A stretch of DNA of 64,000 nucleotides, taken from contig OX597820.1 in the NCBI GenBank assembly GCA_951406725.2, forward strand, positions 25,606,001-25,670,000, given 5' to 3'. The DNA is from Octopus vulgaris. Lineage: Eukaryota. A program made the translations under genes and the position numbers. Below, one piece after another: positions 39,674 to 52,870 of the stretch (positions are counted from its first letter, which is position 1; each line of letters begins with the position of its first letter). The notes beneath the pieces are model-generated. The model was not told where the DNA came from, did no database searches, and saw only the letters and a program-made list of their open reading frames with translations.

Positions 39674-40373
39674 CAGTGGTTCTTAATCATTCTTTAGCTA
39701 TGGACCATTTTCATTCCTATTTTACTCAGGTGGGCTCTCATAACCATTCATGTTTTAAAAAAACCCATTATACTTTTTATAATTAAATATTATTTGGAAT
39801 TGAGTAGGTAGTGGGTAGGGATTTTTTTCACTACTTCTGAGAGTGATGACCCTGCCTGACACAAGTCTTGGGTTCAGCTGGCTCCAGCTGAAAGTATCTG
39901 GTATGGGGCCCTATCCAGGGTTACAGAAAGGAGACAACCTTCAAAGAAATCGGAAGTGGAGCCCTGTAGGCGGTTTAGTGTTCAACTTGACACTCTTCCG
40001 GCAGCTCCTGCAATGAAGCTGGTGCCAAACGTAATGCTCTGCACTCCTTTGGACTATGTCAGCAAGGTCAAGAGAGGATTCCTGATGATTGGGCTACCCA
40101 AGATTTTCTTACAAGTAGCCCAGGCCTGCGCAAAACTGGAGAGGACATGAAATGTAAAAAGCAGACTGAATTAGTTTATGTACAACTCCATTGTCTCCCG
40201 AGACAAAAGGATGCCAACAATTATTTGGAATTGTATAAAAAAAATTGTTAAAATAATTTGTGCATTGTAGAAGTATGACCAATTTACACATAATTGTATT
40301 GCACATAATTTTAACTACAAAATCTCATATAGACTCCACCAAGGGTCATATGGACCCCAGTTGAGAACCATTG
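39674..40373. mobile_element. hAT-type MITE with nested retroposed insert
   Basis: TIR CAGTGGTTCTTAA / TTGAGAACCATTG with a near-matching 8-bp TSD. The insert 39803-40219 has a 14-bp TSD. Confidence 0.65.
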
Positions 40374-40534
40374 TCTTAGATGGTCACTCAACTTAGTGAG
40401 AAGTATCGATAGTATCTTTAGACTAGCTGGCCCCATGCCATCAACAATGATGGCTAATTGTAGTGTTTGCTACTGAAAGAACGCTGGTTCCAACATACAT
40501 TCACATACTTCCTTTGTACATGTACACACATACA

Positions 40535-40790
40535 CATATACTCACACAGAGTTGAAACACTGTTTGATTTTTCTTTTCAGCATTGAATGTTCATCATCCC
40601 ACTTCCATTGCACACACATACAGACACACACACACACACACACAAATATTCACATACCTCCCTTTTACATACACAGACATATACTCACACAGAGTTGAAA
40701 TGCTGTTTGATTTTTTTTCAGCATTGAATGTTCACCATCCCACTTCCATTGCACACACATAAGCATTCACATACCTCCCGTTTACACACA
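40535..40790. repeat. Local ~143-bp tandem duplication
   Basis: CATATACTCACACAGAGTTGAAA..CCCACTTCCATTGCACACACATA occurs twice. Confidence 0.8.
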
Positions 40791-42439
40791 CACACAAACA
40801 CAAATGTACATGTATCTGTACATGTGTGTTTGTGTTTATCCTTCATCACTACATACAAGTGGTATTTGTTTGTTTATGTTCACATAACTTAGCAGTTTGG
40901 CATACGAGATTGAAAGAATAATTAACAGGCATTAAAAAATAAAGACTGCAAGACAGCATAGGAATAGGTGTGTGGTAAGTAGCTAGCTTACAAACCACAT
41001 GGTTCCGGGTTCAGTCCCACTGCATGGCACATTGGGCAAGTGTCTTCTACTATAGCTTCGGGCCGACCAAAGCCTTTTGAGTGGATTTGGTAGACGGAAA
41101 CTGAAAGAAGCCCGTCATATATATGTATATATATATATATATATATAAGTATGTTTGTGTGTCTGTGTTTGTCCCCACCAACATCGCTTGACAACCGATG
41201 CTGGTGTATTTACATCCCCGTAACTTAGCTGTTCGGCAAAAGAGACCGATAGAATAAGTACTAAGTTTACAAAGAATAAGTCCTGGGGTCGATTTGCTTG
41301 ACTAAAGGCAGTGCTTCCCGCATGGCTCCACAGTCAAATGACTGAAACAAGTAAATGACTGAAAAGAGTAAAAGAGAGAGAGAGAGAGTTGATTTGTTTG
41401 ACTACGCTGAGAAACTACTTCAGGGTGGTACTCCAGCATGGTCATGGTCCAGTGACCACAACAAACAAATGATAAACATTAGAAAAATTAACTAATTAGA
41501 ATTTTTAGAGAATATATATCTTTTCATATAAGAATATAATATTTCAAAAATAAAAGAAAAAATATTGGTGTAATTATATTACAAAAGAACAAAGTAGGAA
41601 AATCAAGACATGATGTGAGCCAACATATATTGGTCAATATAGAAGCTACTAAACCAAATTCTATTGGCCTTCATAATAATTGTACACATGTGTAATTAGA
41701 GCTGTTTCTTGATTAATCTGATATGCCATTGTGCTATAATGAATCCAGGCAGCAGATGTCTTCTCGCCAAACTGTTTGTGTAGTCATTCCTTTATATAAA
41801 GAACTATATCAGATATCAATCTCCTTCAATTCACTGAGATAATTAGTTACATATTTTATGACACATTAACTAATTAATGTGCTAATGAGCTAAGATATAA
41901 CAAAGGAAATATATTTATTAAGAACGAACAAAAAAAAATTGGAATAAAGGAAAAAGATAAAAGTGATTGAAGATATTTGTTTATATATTCTTTTCTACTC
42001 TAGGCACAAGGCCCGAAATTTTGGGGGAGGGGTCCAGTCGATTAGATCGTCCCCAGTACGCAACCCTGAAATGATGAAAGGGAAAGTCGACCTCGGCGGA
42101 ATTTGAACTCAGAACGTAAAGACAGATGAAATACTGCTAAGCATTTCACCTGGCGTGCTAATGTTTCTTACTTCTTTACTGCCCACAAGAGACTAAACAT
42201 AGAGGGGACAAACAAGGATGCGTAACTGGTACTTAATTTATTGACCCCAAAAGGATGAAAGGCAAAGTTGACCTCAGCGGAATTTGAACTCAGAACGTAA
42301 TGGCAGATGAAATACCACTAAGAATTTTTCCCAGCGTGCTAACGTTTCTGCAAGCTCACCGCCTTACAGTTTCAGTTTACCAAGTTCACTCACAAGGCTT
42401 CAGTCAGCCCAGAAGATATTTACCCAGTGGTACCTGCCC

Positions 42440-43040
42440 TGGATATAGAAGTAAAGACTGGAATAGGATACAAAGAGTTTGTGACAAAGCAAACAGGGTG
42501 AACATGTGGTACAAGACCAACAAATATCAAAGAGTGATGTTTGTAGATGCCGGAGAACTAACCTGTAGGTTTAGGAAAGCTCTGAAGGAGACTAAATTCA
42601 ACATAAATATCATTGAAAATCCAAGAAGCTCCATCAGCTCACAACTATGTAGAACATATCTCTTTGAGAATACCACATGCACCAATGATAACTGCACGTT
42701 ATGTAAAATTAACCCCCACATTAACTGTAGAACTAGAAGTGCAATCTCAAGCATAAGATGTATAGAGGGTGCTTGTAAAGACAAGAATATAATATACATA
42801 GGTGAAACATATAGGGGCATTGCAGAGAGACTAAATGCACATCTAAGATAATATGACGGCAAAAAACAATCTTCCATACTCTACCAACAAGCCAAAGACT
42901 AACATGGAGGTACACTGGGGCCAACTTGACATCTGCATTTTATCCAAGCACCCAAAGGACCCAACACTCAGATAAGTACAAGAGTACGTCCTCATAAATG
43001 AAACATCTCCATTACTAAATAGGAAATATACATAGAAAGC
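42440..43040 (+). mobile_element. Penelope-like element GIY-YIG endonuclease remnant
   Basis: Translates CTNDNCTLC..NCRTRSAISSIRC..C..IYIGETYRGIAERLNAHLR*...LR*VQEYVLINETSPLLNRK: a Zn-knuckle, a YIGET motif and the E..I....P.LN end. Confidence 0.8.
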
Positions 43041-43140
43041 ATCATACCTCAATACCCACAGTTTATATAAACACAGTGTTGTTAGTTAGGTGTTGAGTAG
43101 GCGTGTGTGTGTGTGTGTGTCTGTGTATGCATGTATATAG

Positions 43141-43204
<64 letters not shown>

Positions 43205-44828
43205 GTGGACATGCATATGGACAGATAGATATACAGATAGATAGGTACATAGGTAATATGAACAGATGGGCACACACACACACACACATACATATAAATG
43301 AAGACTGAAACACATGACCATATACTCACATGCACACTTCACACAAGGAGACAGAGATACACACAAAATACATACACACACACACACAAACACATGGCTA
43401 TGCAGAGTGATGCATACATACAAACGTGCACACATGCATACATATATATATATGCATACACACACACACACACATACATGCAGAGTACATACATACAAAT
43501 GTGCACACATGCATACATATATATATATCCATACACACAGATACATACATATGTGTATGCACATGCATACTGACACACACGCATAGGTACAATATAAAAA
43601 AAAAACAGAACATAATTCCAATAACGGACAGAATCAATGACTATTGAAAAGGTTGTAAGTTGCAATGAAAATTTTAGTAAAAAATAAGTAAATAAATGGA
43701 AATCAGACCGGTGAGTATGTAAAATTAATAAGGCACTAAAAGAGAATGACTTTCCCCAGACACAATAAAATATGCTTCAACACACAAATTCAGAAAAAGA
43801 ATCTTGCAAACATCATACAAAAACGAAGTATTATTATTAGTATTAGTATTAAGGCGGCAAGCTAGCAGAATCTTTAGCACGCCAGGTGAAATGCTTAGTG
43901 GTATTTTGTCTGTCTTTATGTTCTGAGTTCAAATTCCACTAAAGTCAACTTTGACTTTCATCCTTTCAGGGTCAATAAATTAGGTACCAATTGCGTACTG
44001 GTGTTGATCTAATCAACTGGCTCCCTCTCATCAAATTTCAGGCCTTGTGCCTAAAGTAGAAAGGATTATTATTATTATTGATATTATTATTATTATTAAT
44101 ATTATTAGTTTTAGTATTAAGATGGCAAGCTGGCAGAATCATTAGCACGCTGGACAAATTGCTTAGCAGTATTTCGTCAGCAGCTGCATTCTGAGTTCAA
44201 ATTCCACCAAGGCCAACTTTACCTTTCATCCTTTCAAGGTTGATGAATTACATGGTTGATGTAATCAATTAGCCACCTCCCATGAAATTTCAGGCCTTGT
44301 GCCCATAGTAGAAAAGATTATTATTATTACTATTATTAACCATCTTTAGGTAAAATTTTAAACAGCTAAGATATCAAACAGGTGAGATTTCATACACTGG
44401 ACATGATGAATCCAATGTTGTTAGAGAAGTGGTTCTTTAAAAAAAAATAACATTCAAAATTATAGGAAAATTAGGTGTGGCTTGAACAAGCATATGAGAA
44501 GTAAAGAGAACAAATGACTATATTGTTTAAATTCACTTATTTGAATTAGATTATAGCTAACATTGGCATTGAGAAGTACAAGAATAACAAACAAGTTGTA
44601 ATCTTGAGTTGACACTAAAGGTCATCAGAACCAAGCAGATATTTTGACAGTTAAATGAAATAAAAGACAAACCTCAGGGCAGCAGAAATCTATATAACTG
44701 TCACCAACTTTACTTCTCATTCTATCTAGCTTAAGTACCTTGTACTTATGTATTTACACACAGACCCCGGCTTCACAGACCCCAGTTAAACCGTCCAACC
44801 CATGCTAGCATGGAAAACAGACGCTAAC

Positions 44829-44881
<53 letters not shown>

Positions 44882-45115
44882 AAGGCAGTGAACTGGCAGA
44901 ATTGTTAGCATGCTGGACAAGATGCTTAGTTGTATTTCACTCGTCGCAGCATTGAGTTCAAATTCCACCAAGGTCAACTTTGCTTTTCATCCTTTCATGG
45001 TCAATAAATTAAGTACCAGTGAAACACTGGGGTCGATGTAACTGACTTATCCCCTCCCCCAAAATGGCTGCCTGTGTTGCAACATTTGAAACCATTATTA
45101 TTATATTATTATAAT

Positions 45116-45148
<33 letters not shown>

Positions 45149-45736
45149 TATTATTAGTCAAGAGTTAAATTTATTATTATTATTATTATTATTATTAGTC
45201 AAGAGTTAAATCATTGAACTGATCAATTGTTTGATTAACTGTTCAATCAATTGTTCAGCTGGTTTGTTAGACTTCTTTTGTTACAATTTGTGACCCCCAT
45301 CATTGACATACCCAAGTAAACAAACTTTAGTTTTGTCATGTATGAGTGAAAGAGTGAGTGAGCATGCATGATGTGTTGGGGTGTTTTTATGGTTAGTATC
45401 TCTATAAGCAGATTCTGTGTATGTATATGTACATGTGTGCAAGTCAGTTTGTGCGTGCATACACGTGCCTTTTGTCACTTTTTGCCGTTGTTTTTGACGG
45501 ATCATATTTTTCAGTTTATGGCTGTCAGCTTTGTATTCTTATCTTTCAGATCTGAAGGGAATAAATACATGAAGTCACATATATAATAGAAAAATGGCCG
45601 ACACTAAATAGCAAATACAAGAGAAATAACAATTATCCAACCACCACCAACCATAAATTCCCTCACCATTATATAGAGCTGTGGGTGTGCTGTGTGTATG
45701 TATGTAAGCATGTATTAGAGAGATCATGTGCTGGTT

Positions 45737-45780
<44 letters not shown>

Positions 45781-45879
45781 TATATATATATATATGTGTG
45801 TGTGTGTATATCATCACCGTCATCATCATTTAATGTTCTATTTCCATGCTGACATTGGTTAGATGGTTGTATATATACA

Positions 45880-46300
45880 CTTTTGAGGGTAGGGTGAAAA
45901 AATTGTTTTGGAGTTCAGAAATATCTCCAGATGAAGTGGATTTTCCAGGATCATCCACTTTTCCATTAAGCAGAGCATACAACTCCTGCTGCAGCTAAAA
46001 TACTGCCTACATTTTCCAATCATCTTCCAGTTGATCTTCATATATCACCACTTTTTCCTTTAACAACCAAATGTGTTTAGTTGATGTTGTAACACGTCAC
46101 CTTTCCAGATATTAAAGGAGAACCTGTGGTTCTTCAGTGAGGTCTTGAAGGGGTCTTCTGCTATTCCAACATATCGTTGCACTTGTATTGTCACAATGGG
46201 ATCCTTAGGTGCAATTTCCACTTCATACACAACAGTTCCTGTATCAAATTGGCTATTAAACAGTCATGTGTTGTTACCTCTGCATAAACAATCTACCTCC
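45880..46300 (-). mobile_element. Penelope-like GIY-YIG remnant (different lineage)
   Basis: Translates CLCRGNNT*LFNSQF..VVYEVEI...RYVGIAEDPFKTSLKNHRFSF..HIWLLK..INWKMI..Y..CMLCLMEKWMIL..LNSK across frameshifts. Confidence 0.7.
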
Positions 46301-46686
46301 GTGCTTGATTTATGGCAATTATGCAAAACACCATTTCTTCAGTTACTATTCATACACCATATTTTCTACTCTGTATAAATTTTTAGTCTTATCACAAAAG
46401 AGCAAAGTCTTATCAAAATTTTATATCTAATCTTCAGTACAAAAGACCTCTAGCTATACCATTCCAATAATCATGTCTCATAATTGTTTAATTCTACTTT
46501 CTGCCTCAGGAAAGTCTGAGCTTGCACAAAACCACTCAGTAACTTAGCTTGACTAAGACATGGTTCTTATTATATAATACTGTTTTCAAGCCATAACCAC
46601 TCTATCATATGTATTAAATGTGCTTGCTTTTTTACTCATGAGCTCTCTTTGGATAACTACATGTGTGTGTGTGTGTAGGTGTGTAA

Positions 46687-47254
46687 TATCTGGTTGTCCA
46701 AGAAAGTTCCTGCCGATTTTTAGAGGAAAGAAAAATGTCAATAAATACTTGCCATAAATACTTTAATCAACCAAATCTGAACCATTTTGTGGCACAATAT
46801 GTTTCCATCTTTCCTTTAACTTGAAAACACCCTCTTCCCGAATTGAGGTGGTTTCATGGCAAAGAATTCATCAAGGTCTCTTTTTACGTCATCCAAGGAA
46901 TTGAAATTTTTACCATTAAAACTATTCTGCAGAGACCTGAATAATTTGGAATCTGAAGGAGCAATATCTGGTGAATATGGAGGGTGGGGTAACACATCCC
47001 AGCCGAGCTGCAGCAATTTTTGTCTGGTTCCCAAAGTATCAAGTACCGAAAATGAACTTTCTTATCTTCCATTTTAAAGGGTTACAGAATTAACACAGGT
47101 TATAGGAACATAAACCTTCTTCCACACAAAGATAGCTTAAACTGTGCTCTAAATGGAGGTGTAGTCAAATCCTATTTTATGGACTCAACCATGTTCTAAA
47201 ATAAGTTGAAAGGTAAGCTACTATAAATTGGCACAAACTTTCTTGACAACCCTA
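46687..47254 (-). mobile_element. Internally deleted mariner (second family)
   Basis: TIRs GGTTGTCCAAGAAAGTT / AACTTTCTTGACAACC. N-terminal MEDKKVHFRYLIL is joined directly to C-terminal QKLLQLGWDVLPHPPYSPDIAPSD..LFRSLQN. Confidence 0.85.
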
Positions 47255-47517
47255 TATATATATATATATACACATACATACATGCATAGGTATCAATCAT
47301 GCAAATGTATATTCATCCATCCATATAAATATTTATATATATATACACATATATATATATATATTATACATACACATATCACACTTTCATCCATCCATAT
47401 AAATATTCATATTTAAACACCCCTAGAGAGAGTTTTTGTCTTCTAATTGCAAAGACAATCTCAGTTAATCGAACTGAAATTTTTCAACTCATTATATTAC
47501 ATATGCAGGTTTCTACC

Positions 47518-47568
<51 letters not shown>

Positions 47569-47593
47569 CACATACACACATATATATATATAT

Positions 47594-47662
<69 letters not shown>

Positions 47663-47751
47663 TATATATATACACACACACATACATGTATGAATATATA
47701 TATACACACACACACACATATATATATACACACACACACATACATGTATGA

Positions 47752-47788
<37 letters not shown>

Positions 47789-47799
47789 TACATGTATGA

Positions 47800-47868
<69 letters not shown>

Positions 47869-47870
47869 CT
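47518..47870. repeat. Compound (TA)n/(CA)n microsatellite with higher-order CATGTATGAA units
   Basis: Read directly from the sequence; similar tracts at 12107-12260, 43100-43585 and 34370-34620. Confidence 0.95.
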
Positions 47871-48817
47871 ATGCATAATGCTCCCCTGGGGTACAAACAA
47901 ATATATTGTTCTGTTTCTGATATACATTCAACCATACTGGAAGATAACTATGAATATAAAACAGAAAAGCGGAAAGGGAAAAGGTGAGACAATTTTCTTT
48001 CTCTTTTCCCTAACAAAAATATCATGAACAAAATAGTAATTTACGAGGAAATGCTTTAAGAAAATATTATAAATCAATATAAAGGATATATTTTTGAACG
48101 GTTTGGTTTATATATAGTACAAAGTTCAACGTTGCCATATTTTTTAAATGTTTTATTTATTCGATTTTAATCCATCCTCTTCCTCATCACCCTCACCATC
48201 CTCATCATCATCATTTCTTTTCTTCAGTCCGGTCATATTTTTGTTCTTAAGAGATTAACTATTAAATTTAAGTTTAATGGAAATTACTGTTTATGGAAAT
48301 AACAAATTAGGGCGCATTAAAGCAATAGTGATAAAAATATATAATTGCTTGCTTTATTCTCCTTTCCTAACTTAAAAGTCATTAGCGTTTATTTGCATCA
48401 CTGACGGTCAATATCGAACATCAAGAAACTAAAGATATCTTGTAATAACAATGATAGAAATACTTATTAATATTCCAATCTATGAATCAAATTTTTTCTA
48501 GTAACTTACCATAGAATAATGTATGAAAGATTTCTTGTTTAAAACCCAGAGCAATATTTGAACAGGAGAAGGCAGTGAGCTGACAAAATCATTATGGCAC
48601 CAGACAAAATGCTTAGCAACATTTTTCGGTTTTACATTCTGAGTTTCAAATATCACAAAGGTCAACTTTACCTTTCATCCTATCAGGTTTAATAAAATAA
48701 GTACCAGGGAAGCACTGGGGTCAATATAACTGACTTTGTCTTCTCCCCTAAAAATTGCTGGCCTTGTACCAAACTTAGAAAAGCATATTTGAAGAGGGGT
48801 GGGACTTGAGTTACTTA

Positions 48818-49328
48818 CCGTAAATCCTCGGGTATAATCCGCATTTTTTTCCCAAAATTTAAAGGTCAAAATCCCTAGTGCGTACTATATATGAGATTAG
48901 AAATGAAAATTATTTTCTAAGCAATGTCCGAGTCTCTATTTGCTGTTTGGCAATGTTTACTCAGACGCATTTTGTGATGACGGGCACAAAAATACCCTAA
49001 GCTAAGCCTGAAAGCAATGAAGTCATAAAAGAATCATCCATAACTTGCAGTAAGCAACATTTATTAAACGTTATTACTGTTATTTCTTTATTTTCTGGAA
49101 AAAAATGCACAAAAAAGCTTCACGTTTGCATTATGTTATATATACAATAATAATAAAGGATGTTACCATATACATTTTTACAAACTAAGGACGTTATATA
49201 GACCTCCTTGACTCAAGTTAGAGAAGGGGTGTGTATTATACACAAGGTTTAGGTTTTTCAGAGGTACAACCCCCTAAAAATCCTCTGCGTATTATACTCA
49301 AGGGCAGACTATACTCGAGGATTTACGA
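48818..49328. mobile_element. Tc1/pogo-type MITE copy
   Basis: Same TIR and internal sequence as 62082-62546, with TA flanks. Confidence 0.85.
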
Positions 49329-49455
49329 TAATCCAAACCTATATACTACCAATTCTTTATCTGCAAATTTGGAAGAAGGAAAATGCTAACTTAAGCAAGG
49401 TTTAAACCCAGAACCAAGAAAGATGAATCTAAATATTGTAATAAATCATTTAGAC

Positions 49456-49810
49456 CAGTGGTTGCCAAAAATGAGTAGTAATGCCCTGCTGGGAGTGATG
49501 TAAAGATCCAGGGAAGCGTTGAAGAAAAATAGAATGATAATGAGATTAATTAGGTGAACTTTTATTTGTAAAATACTGTTGTTTTGAATTTGCAGCAGAA
49601 AGTAGTCTGTATTTGTAGTGCAAGGAATGAGGCCTCATGGCCAAGAGGGCGGCAACCTGAAAAAGTTTGGAAACCACTGATTCAGTCCTATGGGTCTCCT
49701 AGTTCAGCCATCATCAGAGCCTACATGGCCAAGAGGGTGGAAGCCTGAAAAAGTTTGGAAACCACTGATTTAGTCCTATGGTATCCTAGTTCAGCTATCA
49801 TCAGAGCTTT
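49456..49810. mobile_element. hAT-type MITE with tandemly duplicated 3' end
   Basis: CAGTGGTTGCCAAA ... TTTGGAAACCACTG; the right end plus flank occurs twice (~49636-49722 and ~49724-49810). Confidence 0.6.
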
Positions 49811-50007
49811 TTTTAGTATATGTAATAATATCTTACTGGAGAGGAATAACATGCAATCAGATGCATCACTTAAGAATACGACATCATAATATCAGTTTTG
49901 GAGAGATGGAAACTTAAAGCTGACCCCAGCATGGTTTGAACTTGGAAGGACAAAACTAAATATTCTAACGAATTTAGTTCAATACTCTCCATATTTAGAA
50001 ATATACA

Positions 50008-50896
50008 TACAAAGTCTGATCAATAAGTATCCGGATTGTTGCCATAGTAATGAAGCTAAAGCACACAGAGTAAAGCCACTTGGCAAAGATTGACCTTGAA
50101 CTCTGCTGTGCATGTGCACTAAGTTTTAACATTCTAGCTTGCTTCTGTTGTTTACAGCAGTGCTTGGAAGGAAGGTGTGTAGTGTGTGATCGTCACACTG
50201 ATCATGACAGAGAAAGTGGTCATGCTGATACCTGCTCAGAGCCCAGCAAAAATTTGTAGAAAGTGTATGAGCTGCACACAAGTGTACGAGTGGTTCAGAC
50301 ATTTCCAAAATGGCCGAAAAAGTGTCAGTATTGTTGAACATTCTGGGAGACCTACAGCCAGCAAAACTGAGAAAAACATCACAGATGTGCGTGCAGCTGT
50401 GAGGGGAAATTATCAAATCACCATCCGTGAGTTATCAGAGGATGTACAGATTAGTTACAGTTCAGCTCAGTCCATTATCACTGAAGACTTAGGTATGAGA
50501 CATGTGCCTGCCAATTTTGTGCCAAAACTGCTTTCAGTTGACCAAAAAAGACACTCGGATTTCAGTTGCACAAGATCTCCTTAATTGAGTCAAGAATTAC
50601 GAAAACCTTTTGAAAACTTTGTGTTAGGCCTCTGAGCAGGTACTGCCAAGCTTTTGACAAAATTTGATACAGATTCTCTTCTCAACATTCTCCGTGATGG
50701 TCAATGCGACAATCACATGCTACACACTTTCCTTCCAGGCACTGCTGTAAACAGCAGAAGTGAACTAGGATGTTAAAATTTAGTGCACAAGCACAGGAGA
50801 TTTTAAGTTCAATCTATGTCAAGTGGCTTCACTCTGCATGTTTCAGTTTCATTACTATGGCAACAGTCTGGATACTTATTGATCAGAACACATGTA
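50008..50896 (+). mobile_element. Non-autonomous mariner derivative with two inverted left ends
   Basis: Same family as 28612. The 5' part encodes CTQVYEWFRHFQNGR..HSGRP..ITIREL..LGMRHVPANFVPKLL. The segment ~50630-50890 is the reverse complement of the family's left end. Confidence 0.85.
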
Positions 50897-51039
50897 TCAT
50901 TTTTCAGTACGTAAAGATTATTTCTAATACTGATAAATTTAAGAAGGGAAGGAGATATTTGATTGTATTTGTGTGTATATACTAAGTGTATATACTGAAG
51001 TGTTATACTAAAAATTTGCCTGTGAGTAACATTAAAAAT

Positions 51040-51490
51040 TTGTCTTTGTGTGTGTCACTGACAAATTGTGCATATTTGTAAAGCTAAAAAAATTATGTAT
51101 GTGTAAAGTCGAGAGATTTTCTCAGTGTAACATTGCTAAAACTATGTGTGTGTCACTGACAAATTGCGTGTATTTGTAAAACTAAAAAATTATGTGTGTA
51201 AAGTTGATAGATTTTCTCAGTGTAACATTGATAAACTATGTGTGTGTGTGTGTGGGTGTAAAGTTGACAGATATTTTAAGTGTAACATTGATAAATTGTC
51301 TGTGTGACACTGACAAACTGTGTGTGCAGATACTGAAAAACTGTTAATGAGTGTGACACAGGCAAATTGTGTCTATGTGTGACACTAATAATTTGTCTAT
51401 CTTTGACACCGACAAATTGCTTATGTAACACTAACAACTTGACTGTATGCAACATTGATAAATTGTGTGAATTTATGACAGCGACAAGCA
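51040..51490. repeat. Degenerate minisatellite
   Basis: Recurring GTGTCACTGACAAATTG / GTAACATTGATAAA units with a ~95-bp tandem duplication. Confidence 0.7.
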
Positions 51491-51856
51491 GCTTTGTCAA
51501 GAAAATGGCAAATTACTTTCTTTCTTTTTTCTTTAATGACAATGACAGATTATCTTGGAAAAATACCAGAAGTTGTGATTAACTTTGAAGAGAACAGGTG
51601 CAGGTGAAGAAAAGAATTTGTTAAAATATAATGTTAATAACTGTTCTAGATGGCAGTGGAAATTTGATAGTTTGGTTTATGGCAGTAAATCCTGTGGTAT
51701 TAACTAAAGAGTTAAACTTAATTATTATTAGTTAATGACAGCTTCAGCTGAGCTCATCATTATTAAACATCATTTATTCAAACAGTTTTCAAATACTCTG
51801 TTAGTAATGTTAGTTGTAATGAAATGTGAGGTCGACTTTAAAAAAATAAATACTTT

Positions 51857-51862
51857 TTTATT
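51857..51862 (-). promoter_or_regulatory. Candidate polyadenylation signal for SLC37A4-like gene
   Basis: AATAAA on the - strand ~200 nt past the stop, with a second at 51773-51778. Weak evidence in AT-rich DNA. Confidence 0.3.
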
Positions 51863-52064
51863 CTCCAATTATGTAAGTAGTTGCTGCAACTTACGACAAT
51901 AGCAACGGTAGTTTTGTTAATGCACTCAATGACAACAAAAAATACACAGAAAACAAGTTGCTATTTTCCAAGAGTCCTCAAAATCAAACGTATTCAAAGT
52001 GTAGCTGAGTAGCAGCCCTTCAGTATTTGAGGAAAATTTTGATGGATATATGAACAATCGGGTT

Positions 52065-52237
52065 TCAGGATGTTTTGTCTTTTGTGTCGTCTTGTTTCAG
52101 TTGACATTGCATACGGCCCAGCTGCCAGAATAAAGCCAGTGAAACAAGAGATAAATAGCAAATGTACACAAATGTTTGATGCCACCCTCGATGACTGGCC
52201 AGATATGTAACCGGTAAGCCAGCAATCACACCACCAG
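52065..52237 (-). CDS. SLC37A4: SLC37A4-like terminal coding exon F
   Basis: Acceptor ttctag|CT. Translates AGGVIAGLPVTYLASHRGWHQTFVYICYLSLVSLALFWQLGRMQCQLKQDDTKDKTS*, compare human [23 protein letters not shown]. Ends in a KxKxx ER-retrieval motif. Confidence 0.92.
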
Positions 52238-52546
52238 CTAGAAAAGACAAATTAGAGAAATAAAAAAAAATTATTTTTTATTGAAGGATATAAATGATGA
52301 CTGATTTTTAAATATTACTTTAATATTTCAATAATATTTTAAATATTTAAATATCATTTTAACACAAGTTAAAGATGAAGAAAACATTCACATAATGGAT
52401 TTGGTAGATGGAAACTGAAAAAAGCCTGTCATGTAAGTATATATATATATATATATATTTCAACAATTGAGGGTAAAATTAATTAGCTATTAATCAATTT
52501 CACCAAGTATTCAGTATGTAAAGGGACCATTTAAGGCGAATTCAAA

Positions 52547-52851
52547 ATATTACATTGTATAAAAGGGCTTAGTAAAATAAATTACTTTGCCACATACTGA
52601 ACTCATTAGAAATAGCAGCCAAAAAAAGATTTTTTAGCCATTTCTAATACTTAAAGAAAATTTCTCTCAGATAGTGTTTACTCAAATAGTATTTACTCAG
52701 ATAGTGTTTATTTTGAGTAAACACTATCTGAGAGAAATTTTCTTTAAGTATTAGAAATGGCTAAAAAATCTTTTTTTGGCTGCTATTTCTAATGAGTTCA
52801 GTATGTGGCAAAGTAATTTATTTTACTAAGCCCTTTTATACAATGTAATAT
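52547..52851. repeat. Perfect 140-bp inverted repeat (25-nt spacer)
   Basis: 52547-52686 reads as the reverse complement of 52712-52851. Confidence 0.92.
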
Positions 52852-52870
52852 ATATATATATATATATATA

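Noticed and set aside
43063-43665. Multiple overlapping Cys/Val/Tyr/Ile/His/Thr-rich ORFs (also 47447-47987 and 12077-12352)
   Set aside because: Dinucleotide microsatellites lack stop codons, so these ORFs are artefacts.
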